A DNA stretch of 64,000 bases, from positions 86,006 through 150,005 of the forward strand of contig DIWY01000002.1 in assembly GCA_002435915.1 (NCBI GenBank), read 5' to 3'. The position numbers and the translations under genes were made by a program. Below, in pieces: positions 56,202 to 64,000 of the stretch; position 1 is the stretch's first letter; every line of letters begins with the position of its first letter. Under the pieces are notes generated by a model. That model had not been told where the DNA came from and searched no databases. It was given only the letters and a program-made list of their open reading frames with translations. This DNA comes from Christensenella sp. UBA6094 (GTDB lineage: Bacteria; Bacillota; Clostridia; Christensenellales; UBA6094).

Positions 56202-56599
56202 ACGCTTCTCTCCCTACATCAATAGTACTATTTTAAGTATGAACGGTAAGAAGTTATTCATTTTTATTTTCAACAAAATTCACGTAACGAGCATAAAATA
56301 TGTAGACATTTGCAATCGGTGAACATATAATGAAAATATATAGAATATTTTGTTTATAATAATTCGACATATAAATATAAATACCTACACTTGAGCTAAA
56401 AAAACTGTCCGAAGATTATATAAAGACTAATATATTTGATAGGTTGACACTAATATAATAGTTTATTGGCATAATGTAAACATAATAGAGCATGTATAAT
56501 AAAAATGTGAAAGATGTGAACTTTGTTTTAACAAAGGAAACACTTTTATATAATCGTACGAGAATAAAGCCGGCTAAAAAAGTATTTTGGAGGTTTATT

Positions 56600-57100
56600 A
56601 TGGATCGAGTATGTTATATAGAATATTTACTTAAAAACTATCATCGCTTTATGAGGGATATAAATCAACTTAAACTAGAGCTGGAATTTTTTGAATATGA
56701 ACAAAAAGAACGTACTATTGAGTCTATGGCTTTAAAACCAAGGACACAGGAGTGCACAGGAACAAAAGGAACAGCCGATTCGACAGGACATATTGCCCTT
56801 ATCTATAGAGAAGTAAATAGCAGACTAAACCAAACATCCAAACGTGACCTTGCTCATATTGTGAAAATTAGTGAGATGGAGATGAAAAAACTACTTGTAG
56901 CAATCGACGCACTCGACAAAAATATTGGTGATGTATTAAAAGATTTATACATTGGAAGACGTACATGGGATCAGATTTGTAATAAATATTTTATTACACC
57001 ATCAACACTAAACAGATACAGAAAGCGTGCAATAGGTGAGATTGCAGAGTCGTTTGACACAAAATACATGCTGTCGGATTTGTCGATGTTTACATACTAA
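56600..57100 (+). CDS. Putative phage late-gene transcriptional activator (sigma-70 region 4 / RinA-ArpU-like)
   Basis: ORF 56492..57100 trimmed to MDRVCYIEY with GGAGG upstream. It has a C-terminal HTH (RRTWDQICNKYFITPSTLNRYRKRAIGEI). Its position just before terS matches that of Xpf in PBSX. Confidence 0.6.
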   Translation: MDRVCYIEYLLKNYHRFMRDINQLKLELEFFEYEQKERTIESMALKPRTQECTGTKGTADSTGHIALIYREVNSRLNQTSKRDLAHIVKISEMEMKKLLVAIDALDKNIGDVLKDLYIGRRTWDQICNKYFITPSTLNRYRKRAIGEIAESFDTKYMLSDLSMFTY

Positions 57101-57192
57101 AAGTGTAGGCAAAATAATGGCATAAAGCTGATAGGCTACTGGCAGGCAAAATGATTTATTATTATAATAGATAAAAGCCATGGAGGTAGCAT

Positions 57193-57732
57193 ATGGATAA
57201 AACAAAGGACAAACTGGCAGAGCTTAAATTAACAAAAAGGCAGATTTTATTCTGCCTTTTTTATTTGAGAGATTTTGATGTGAGGAAGGCAGCATATCGG
57301 GCAGGAATTGCAAAAAAAGATAATGCTGCATACGTAGGAACATTACTACTTGGACGAAAGAACATAAAAGAAGCATTAGAATATTTAAAAGGCGAAGCAG
57401 GAAATAGAACCCATGTAGAGCTTACTAGCATAGTGGATCTGTACACCCGCATTGCGTTTGCAGACTATAGCGAATACGTAAAATACTACAAGAACGAAAA
57501 AGAAGAATGGGTAAGCGATATAGATTTTGAAGAAGTCGATGGACAGCTTATTGACGAGATATCGGCAAGCAAAACGGGAGTCAAAATAAAATTCTTGGAT
57601 AGATTTAAGGCGCTGGAAAAGCTCGAAAAGCTGATGGGTAATTCAGAGGAGATGGCGGAAGACAGTAACAACATAACGGTTATTACAGCGGTGCAAAGAC
57701 CAGAAAGGCAGGATACATATGAAACAGATTAA
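57193..57732 (+). CDS. Terminase small subunit
   Basis: 179 aa. The N-terminal LTKRQILFCLFYLRDFDVRKAAYRAGI is typical of the Terminase_2 family. Confidence 0.8.
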   Translation: MDKTKDKLAELKLTKRQILFCLFYLRDFDVRKAAYRAGIAKKDNAAYVGTLLLGRKNIKEALEYLKGEAGNRTHVELTSIVDLYTRIAFADYSEYVKYYKNEKEEWVSDIDFEEVDGQLIDEISASKTGVKIKFLDRFKALEKLEKLMGNSEEMAEDSNNITVITAVQRPERQDTYETD

Positions 57733-57798
57733 AAGAGCAACAAATGCATTGGTCTATTATCTACGGTTATGCTATGTGCGATTTAGGAATGAGATTGT

Positions 57799-59235
57799 AT
57801 GTATATAGAAAACGCTAGCGCGAAAAACAAGAAAAAGCTCGAGCTAAAGTACGTGCCTACGGAAAAACAGCAGATGTTTCATTTATCTGATGCTGACGAA
57901 GTACTTTATGGTGGTGCGGCTGGTGGCGGCAAGTCTATGGCGATAACTATGGAAGCGCTACTAAGAGCCATGGAAACACCTGGCGTAAATTGTTACGTGT
58001 TTAGGCGCACTTACCCTGAGCTAAAAGACGTAATAATTACGCTTGCTAGGCGGTACTATCCTGAGGATGTGGGCGAGTTCACTAACAGTGGCAAAGATTT
58101 TAAACTGATTAACGGTTCATCGGTGCGCTTTAGACACTGCTTTAAGGATAGTGACGTCTACAGATACCAAGGTGCTGAAATTCACTATCTGTTTATTGAC
58201 GAGCTGACGCACTTTCCGCTTTCTGTCTACGACTATCTAAAATCTCGGCTTAGAGCGCCAAAAGAACTTAACATTACGCCATGCGTTAGAGCTACGTCAA
58301 ACCCTGGAGGCATCGGACACGCTTGGGTTAAGCAGTATTTTATTGACAGAGGTACTCCATATGAAAAAAACGAGGTGCGAATATATTCTAGCGTGCTTAA
58401 GCAAGAGAAAACGGTAAGCGTGCAGTACATTCCTGCGCTTGTAACGGATAATCCGCATATGCCTAAGGATTATATATACGAACTGGAGAAAAAGCCTAAG
58501 GCGCTTAAAAATGCACTTCTACACGGATTGTGGACAGCATTTGAGGGACAGGCGTTCATGGAGTTCACTGACGATAGCACTCATTACAAAGATGGGTGCT
58601 ATACGCATGTTATAGCGCCTTTTAGTGTGCCAGAGGATTGGCCACGCTATAGGTCGTTTGACTTTGGTTACTCTCGACCGTTTGCTGTGCAGTGGTGGGC
58701 TGTAGCTCCAGATGACACCGTGTATATGTACAGAGAATGGTACGGCAGCAAGGATGGCGACAACAAAGGGCTAAAGCTTACAGCACGTGAGATAGCACAG
58801 CGCATAACCGAAATAGAAAATGAGGCAGCCGAGAAACCAATTGGAATAGCTGACCCATCTATATGGGATGCAAGCAGAGGTGAGTGCATAGCTGAGCAGA
58901 TGGCTGTCTGTGGCGTTCAGTTTTCGCCCGCGGATAACGCGCGTCTTTCGGGCAAAATGCAGATGCACTATAGGCTGGCTTTTGATGAAAAAGGCAAGCC
59001 TGCAATGCAAGTGTTCTACACATGCAAAAATTTTATTAGAACGATAGCGTCGCTGACAACAGATCCGCTAAAGGTTGAGGACGTAGACACAAGAGCAGAG
59101 GATCACAGCTACGATGCGGCAAGGTATTTTCTTATGGCAAGACCAATAGGCAAAAAACAAGAGCCTATTAAGAAACGAAACTATAATCCGCTTGAGGTGT
59201 ATGAGCCGGAAAGTAATGGATTTTTAGAATATTAA
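57799..59235 (+). CDS. Terminase large subunit
   Basis: 478 aa with Walker A GGAAGGGKS, Walker B LFIDELTH and a C-terminal nuclease domain. Confidence 0.9.
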   Translation: MYIENASAKNKKKLELKYVPTEKQQMFHLSDADEVLYGGAAGGGKSMAITMEALLRAMETPGVNCYVFRRTYPELKDVIITLARRYYPEDVGEFTNSGKDFKLINGSSVRFRHCFKDSDVYRYQGAEIHYLFIDELTHFPLSVYDYLKSRLRAPKELNITPCVRATSNPGGIGHAWVKQYFIDRGTPYEKNEVRIYSSVLKQEKTVSVQYIPALVTDNPHMPKDYIYELEKKPKALKNALLHGLWTAFEGQAFMEFTDDSTHYKDGCYTHVIAPFSVPEDWPRYRSFDFGYSRPFAVQWWAVAPDDTVYMYREWYGSKDGDNKGLKLTAREIAQRITEIENEAAEKPIGIADPSIWDASRGECIAEQMAVCGVQFSPADNARLSGKMQMHYRLAFDEKGKPAMQVFYTCKNFIRTIASLTTDPLKVEDVDTRAEDHSYDAARYFLMARPIGKKQEPIKKRNYNPLEVYEPESNGFLEY

Positions 59236-59248
59236 GGAGGTAAAATTA

Positions 59249-60844
59249 ATGCAAAAAAAGCAAAAGCAAAACGAAGAGCTAATTAAAAAAGCTTATGATC
59301 TGTTTGATGAGTTTTATTCAGGAACGCTGGAATTTAGAAGAAAGTGCATAGATAACGAAGAATTTTACAGGGCAAACCACTGGGCAAATATACCGTCCAA
59401 GGCTGGCGAGCCACAGCCTGTCACTCCTGTACTGTTCTCTACTATCGAAAGTATTTTGGGCGACATAATGGATAGTTATCCTGAGCCTGTGATATTAGGT
59501 GAAGAGGAGCAGGACGAAAAAGTGGCCAGTGATGTGAACGACATAGTCAATTACATTATAAAAAGACGCCGATATAAAAGCATATACAGAGATAAGTGTA
59601 GGCAGGCACTGAAAAAAGGCGTGAGCGTGCAGGAGGTATTCTGGGATAAGACACTCTATAATGGACTTGGGGATATAAACATACGGCAATGGGATATATT
59701 AAACTTTTTGTGGGACCCAAAATCAGAGACGCTGCAAGAAGGCAGAGCAGTTTTTAAGTTCGGCTTCTACACTAAAGAATACATATGCGAGCGCTATCCT
59801 TTCTCTAAAGACATGTTAAAAACAGACACATACTCTCGGCTTTCGTATCTTGGCGACACGGCACCTGATGAAGATGTGATGATAATGGATTACTGGTACA
59901 AAGAGTATGACGAAAACGGCAAAGCGCATGTGCACATGGCAAAGCTTGCTGGGCATGTACTGCTTGAAGATAGCAAAGAAGAGTGTCCATATGGCATGCA
60001 GATAAGCGGTCAATACCCGTTCGTTATGGAAAGCCCGTATCCGCTTGAAGGTCAGCCGGTCGGAATAGGCATAATAGATATATTTAAAAACCTACAGATT
60101 TATGCTGATAAGCTTGACCAGATCATACTGAAAAATGCGCTTATGTCTTCTAAACTTAAGCTACTTGTGAACAGGAACTCGGACATTGACGAAAGTGCGC
60201 TGAACGATTGGAGCAAGGAAATAATCAAGGCAAACAGGATAGATGATGGAGCTATAAGATGGTTTCAACCTGCTTCGCTTAACCCGTACGTTTTAACGCA
60301 CTATAACAGCAAGCTGGAATCTATAAAAGAAGAGAGTGGTCAGTCACAATTCACAAGAGGTGAAGGAGGTAAGGGCATTACAGCGGCATCTGCAATCTTA
60401 GCACTACAAGAGGCGGGCTCTAAAAGATCAAGAACGCTTGTGGATCAGCTATATGATGGGTTTGAGAATGTTGTGAGGCTAATCATTGATCTTATTTGCG
60501 AGAATTACACAGAGGAAAGACGCTTTAGGATAATAAACGAAAAAGGTGCTAAAACGATCAGCTTTAAAAACAGTGATGTAAAAAAAGGCACGAAAGATCT
60601 TTCTCGGTTTATTGATTTTGATATCAGCATTGCTGTGCAAAAGCAGACGCCGTATAAGACGCTGTATCAAAATGAACTGGCGTTGGAGCTTTTAAAAGCG
60701 GGCGTTATTGTGCCTGACGAAGCACTGTCGATGATGACTTTTACAGGCAAAGACACACTGCTAGAATCCGTGAAAAAGAGAAATGAAAAAGAGCAGATGG
60801 AAAAGGCGCTACAGCTAAATTCTAAGGAGCTGATTGCGCCATGA
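59249..60844 (+). CDS. Phage portal protein
   Basis: 531 aa. Size and position after TerL support the call, and the layout is SPP1 gp6-like. Confidence 0.8.
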   Translation: MQKKQKQNEELIKKAYDLFDEFYSGTLEFRRKCIDNEEFYRANHWANIPSKAGEPQPVTPVLFSTIESILGDIMDSYPEPVILGEEEQDEKVASDVNDIVNYIIKRRRYKSIYRDKCRQALKKGVSVQEVFWDKTLYNGLGDINIRQWDILNFLWDPKSETLQEGRAVFKFGFYTKEYICERYPFSKDMLKTDTYSRLSYLGDTAPDEDVMIMDYWYKEYDENGKAHVHMAKLAGHVLLEDSKEECPYGMQISGQYPFVMESPYPLEGQPVGIGIIDIFKNLQIYADKLDQIILKNALMSSKLKLLVNRNSDIDESALNDWSKEIIKANRIDDGAIRWFQPASLNPYVLTHYNSKLESIKEESGQSQFTRGEGGKGITAASAILALQEAGSKRSRTLVDQLYDGFENVVRLIIDLICENYTEERRFRIINEKGAKTISFKNSDVKKGTKDLSRFIDFDISIAVQKQTPYKTLYQNELALELLKAGVIVPDEALSMMTFTGKDTLLESVKKRNEKEQMEKALQLNSKELIAP

Positions 60845-60980
60845 TAATAATAAGCATATACATCACATTTTGCGCCGTTGGAATGGTACTTAGCCATTGC
60901 AATATGACGCATTTTTTATAACCGTTAAGAGGCGGAAACGCTTTTTATAAACCTACAGTACACAAAAGGAGGAAAAGTTA

Positions 60981-61676
60981 ATGGAAGAAACGGTCGAAAA
61001 TGTAATAGAGCAGGACGACGCTGCAATGGACGCCGATATGGGCGGTAATACTGATTATTATAGGAGCCAAGAGGAAGTAGACAGGGCGTTTAAAAAGCGT
61101 CTTGAGCGCGAACGCAGGAAATGGGAGGCTTCGCTTAAGGAACGATCGGGCGAAAAGGCAGAAGCATTGGAAGACAAAAGAGCTGGCGATGAACAGCAAG
61201 CTAAATCTAGCGAAGACATCGTAAACGAACAGCTTGGAGAAATAGAGAGTGAGCTTGAGCCGTATCTGAAAAACATTGAAGCCGAAGGGGAAATGCCAAG
61301 CGAGCAGGAAGAGGACGACTATGAAACAGAAGCGTTTGTTGAATCTGTGCTAAAGGAAGTCAGTGAGCTAGAGCAGTTATATGAAGACTTAGACCTCACG
61401 GAAGAGCTTAGCAATCCATTATTCACGCACATGCTAAAAGAAGGGCAGCCACTCAAGAAAGTCTACGATTATTTTAAACCGCAAAAATCTAGAGATGCGG
61501 TCTATAAAGAAGTAGAAAGAGAAGTAACAGAGCACATAAGAGCCAGAAACGCTAAGCCAAGCTCAATAGCCTATGCAAACGCAAGCAGTGCTTCCTATGA
61601 TATATCGCGGCTTAGCCAAAGAGATATAGAAGAGATTGACAGGCGCGTAAAGCGCGGCGAACGTGTTGTGCTGTAG
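60981..61676 (+). CDS. Phage scaffolding-like protein
   Basis: 231 aa, highly charged and coiled-coil-like, located between the portal and capsid genes. Confidence 0.6.
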   Translation: MEETVENVIEQDDAAMDADMGGNTDYYRSQEEVDRAFKKRLERERRKWEASLKERSGEKAEALEDKRAGDEQQAKSSEDIVNEQLGEIESELEPYLKNIEAEGEMPSEQEEDDYETEAFVESVLKEVSELEQLYEDLDLTEELSNPLFTHMLKEGQPLKKVYDYFKPQKSRDAVYKEVEREVTEHIRARNAKPSSIAYANASSASYDISRLSQRDIEEIDRRVKRGERVVL

Positions 61677-61701
61677 GAAATAATTTAGGAGATGAAGAAA
61701 G

Positions 61702-62661
61702 ATGACACAAAATACAAACTTAACAACAGCTACTGGGATATCAGCAACCATGCAAACATACTACGACAGAAAGCTACTGATAAACGCAAAACCAAATCTA
61801 GTGCACCATAAATTTGGGCAACAGGTCATGCTACCTAAAAACAGTGGCAAGACCATACAATTCAGAAAATGGACACCTTTTGCAGCTGTAAGTACACCAC
61901 TAACAGAAGGCGTAGTTCCAGACGGACAAACACTTGAAATGACAACCGTATCCGGTCAGATCGAGCAATATGGCGGGTACGTAGCAGTGTCTGACATGCT
62001 TGACCTAACTGCTCTTGATCCTGTAATAAACGATTCAGTTGAGCTGATGGGAGATCAAGGAGGGTTAACAGTCGACACTATTGTAAGAGATGCTATCTCA
62101 AACGTAGCAAACGTTCAATACGCAGGCGGCAAAACTACAAGAGCAGAGCTAGTTTGGACAACAGAGACTCAGGATAAGCTAACAATTAATGAAATCAGAA
62201 AAGCTGTTAGGACACTTAAAAAGAACAGAGCGCCACAGTTTGTTAGAGGCGGAAAAGGCTACTATGTTGCTATCGTTGGACCGGAAACTACATACGATTT
62301 GCAGTCTGACGCTATCTGGCAGGACGTATCCAAGTATTCGGCAGCTGAGCAGATATTCGATGGCGAAATCGGCAAGCTCTTTGGTGTAATATTCGTTGAG
62401 ACGACTCAAGCAAAGATATTTACTGGTGCAGGAACAGAAGGCAGGGATGTTGGAGCAACTCTTGTATTTGGTAAAAATGCATATGGCGTAATCGATGTTG
62501 AGGGCAATAACCTTAGATCGATTATCAAACCAAAAGGGTCAGCAGGAACAGCAGATCCACTAGACCAAATATCCACAATCGGTTGGAAGGTCGGCGGATT
62601 CTCTGCTAAAATACTACAACCGCTATGGATAGTAAGAATAGAACATCTATTTAGCAACTAA
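61702..62661 (+). CDS. Phage major capsid protein (HK97-fold)
   Basis: 319 aa, positioned after the scaffold. The N-terminus MQTYYDRKLLINAKPNLVH resembles the N4-gp56-type capsid family as I recall it. Confidence 0.75.
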   Translation: MTQNTNLTTATGISATMQTYYDRKLLINAKPNLVHHKFGQQVMLPKNSGKTIQFRKWTPFAAVSTPLTEGVVPDGQTLEMTTVSGQIEQYGGYVAVSDMLDLTALDPVINDSVELMGDQGGLTVDTIVRDAISNVANVQYAGGKTTRAELVWTTETQDKLTINEIRKAVRTLKKNRAPQFVRGGKGYYVAIVGPETTYDLQSDAIWQDVSKYSAAEQIFDGEIGKLFGVIFVETTQAKIFTGAGTEGRDVGATLVFGKNAYGVIDVEGNNLRSIIKPKGSAGTADPLDQISTIGWKVGGFSAKILQPLWIVRIEHLFSN

Positions 62662-62673
62662 TTGATGGGTTTT

Positions 62674-62850
62674 TTGAGGGCTTTGCCTTCGTAATAGGAG
62701 GCTCTGCCTCAAAACCTCCGCCAAAGGAACAAGTCCCTTTGGAATCCCGTACATAAAAAAATTTATTTTAGTATCTTTTGCTTCTTTTCTTTAAGAAAAG
62801 AAGTGGGTGCTCGAGGGCAACGCCCTCGTAACATGGAGGCAGAGCCTACA
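62674..62850 (+). repeat. Family-1 multi-hairpin repeat, full copy inside the phage head module
   Basis: TGAGGGCTTTGCCTTCG, GGAGGC-TCT-GCCTC, CCAAAGGAACAAGTCCCTTTGG, spacer, module C, CGAGGGC-AAC-GCCCTCG, plus an extra TGGAGGCAGAGCCTACA. Confidence 0.85.
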
Positions 62851-62941
62851 TAATAGCAAATAACTAACAAAAGGCGCTTAAGGAGGAGCTGGAAGATTGG
62901 CTTCTCCTTTTCTGCGTCCTTAAATAAAAGGAGGATTCATT

Positions 62942-63199
62942 ATGGCAACAGTTAATACCACAAAGTCAGCATCAAAAGGCATCTCGCAACAGCAGATAGA
63001 CGAGATAGCAAAAGTTACAGGCAAGTACCTTGGTGATGAAGCGAAGGTGCTAGTTAGAATACCGGCAGTACCAGGCGCACAGGATGACGCATACGTAGAG
63101 TGCTGCATAAACGGCTACAACTACATAATCAAAAGAGGTGAAAGCGTCAAAGTTCCCGTTTCCATCGCCGAGCTTCTTCAAAACGCTGGGATCGTTTAA
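62942..63199 (+). CDS. Hypothetical phage head-associated protein
   Basis: 85 aa with a strong RBS (AAAGGAGG), located between the capsid and connector genes. Confidence 0.6.
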   Translation: MATVNTTKSASKGISQQQIDEIAKVTGKYLGDEAKVLVRIPAVPGAQDDAYVECCINGYNYIIKRGESVKVPVSIAELLQNAGIV

Positions 63200-63210
63200 C
63201 GAGGGGTTAA

Positions 63211-63343
63211 TTGGAGGCGCTGCCTCCAAACCACCGCAAAGGGATGTATCCCTTTGGAATCCCAACTATAAATATATTTATACTAAGTATCTTTTCCCTC
63301 TTTTCTTTAAGAAAAGAGGTGGGAGCTCGAGGGCAAAGCCCTC
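63211..63343 (+). repeat. Family-1 multi-hairpin repeat, full copy (reference architecture)
   Basis: Modules in order: A TTGGAGGC-GCT-GCCTCCAA then ACCACCG; B CAAAGGGATGTATCCCTTTGG then AATCCC; AT-rich spacer; ATCTTTTCC; C CTCTTTTCTTTAAGAAAAGAG; GTGGGAGCT; D CGAGGGC-AAA-GCCCTCG. Confidence 0.9.
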
Positions 63344-63372
63344 GTATAATAACTCAAAATGAGGTGATATAG

Positions 63373-63909
63373 ATGACACTGAAAGAGATAATGGAACTAT
63401 CGCTACGGCTTATGATGGAGGACGTAGACGAAGAAACGCTTGGTGAGTTTTCGCCACTACTCAAAAGCGTAATAAACGATGCGTATATAGACATATGCAG
63501 ATTCAAGTACGTACCGATAAAGAGCGAGGTAGTGACGCTAAGCGATGGCGCGTTTAATACATCGATCCTAAGTGAAAAGCTAAACAACATAATCACTATA
63601 AAGAGCGGCGATAAAGAGCTACTGTATCATGTTGAAGATGGAGTATGCACGGTACTTACTAAAGAAAATGAGAGCGTTACAGTAAGATACTCGTATGTTC
63701 CGCAAATGCTCGCGGCGGATACCGACAGCCCGATATTTCCGCAAGAGTACCATAGCTGTCTTGCTGACTATGCAGTATATAGAGTGCTGGGTACAGGCTC
63801 AGGCGCTAGGCAGGCACGAGCGCTTTTCTTTTTTGATACGTACGTACGGCAGGCAAATAAGATTGAACGGATGGAGCAAAACGAAACTATTGGGAAAAAG
63901 TATGAGTGA
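63373..63909 (+). CDS. Phage head-tail connector/head-completion protein
   Basis: 178 aa. The call rests on position downstream of the capsid module; sequence support is weak. Confidence 0.5.
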   Translation: MTLKEIMELSLRLMMEDVDEETLGEFSPLLKSVINDAYIDICRFKYVPIKSEVVTLSDGAFNTSILSEKLNNIITIKSGDKELLYHVEDGVCTVLTKENESVTVRYSYVPQMLAADTDSPIFPQEYHSCLADYAVYRVLGTGSGARQARALFFFDTYVRQANKIERMEQNETIGKKYE

Positions 63910-63920
63910 GGAGGTAAGCT

Positions 63921-64000
63921 ATGTCAGAAGTATTATTGAAAATGGGCCCGTTTTTGGGCATAGATCAGTCGACAAATGAAGGCGATATTTCGGTTTTCTC
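63921..64000 (+). CDS. Phage protein, 5-prime fragment (runs off the window)
   Basis: The ATG at 63921 is preceded by GAGGAGG, and the frame (MSEVLLKMGPFLGIDQSTNEGD...) stays open to the window end. Confidence 0.4.
   Translation, partial: MSEVLLKMGPFLGIDQSTNEGDISVF

Larger units (their letters stand above)
55704..64000 (+). mobile_element. Prophage or PBSX-like phage-derived element: regulatory switch plus packaging/head module (continues beyond the window)
   Basis: Contiguous genes for repressor, late regulator, TerS, TerL, portal, scaffold, major capsid and head-completion. No integrase, excisionase or replication genes are visible at this end. Confidence 0.8.

Overview
This window is the replication-origin region of a low-GC, spore-forming Firmicute (Clostridia-like) chromosome, reverse-complemented relative to the usual convention. 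dnaA-dnaN, an ABC-F ATPase and a THF-riboswitch-controlled folT run on the minus strand to the left of about 5.6 kb. On the plus strand, rpmH-rnpA-yidD-yidC-jag-mnmE-mnmG-(DEAD-box helicase)-rsmG-noc-like run to the right. Housekeeping and accessory genes follow: rsmA, cvpA, tsaC, a low-molecular-weight phosphatase, DnaD/DnaB-like plus DnaI-like replication loaders, an M1 peptidase and a PBP2-type transpeptidase. After these come mscS, an island holding five GNAT acetyltransferases, a FetAB-like ABC exporter, lepB, an M23 peptidase, cimA-leuCD and spoIIE. From about 55.7 kb to the window end lies the left end of a phage-derived element: XRE repressor, late regulator, small and large terminase, portal, scaffold and capsid. 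No integrase or replication module is visible. No rRNA, tRNA or CRISPR array was found. The most unusual content is non-coding, and I could not assign either repeat family below to a known family from memory. (1) At least 13 copies or part-copies of a modular, multi-hairpin intergenic repeat of about 130-170 bp carry compensatory stem changes, and two of them sit inside the phage head module. (2) Three co-oriented loci of about 0.5-1 kb share a core of about 310 bp with nested stems, embedded in degenerate 11-12-nt tandem arrays (G/T-rich on the plus strand), with no conserved ORF. (3) Four tandem units of about 92 bp fill the rnpA-yidD spacer. All calls rest on reading the sequence and ORF translations; no searches or folding programs were run.
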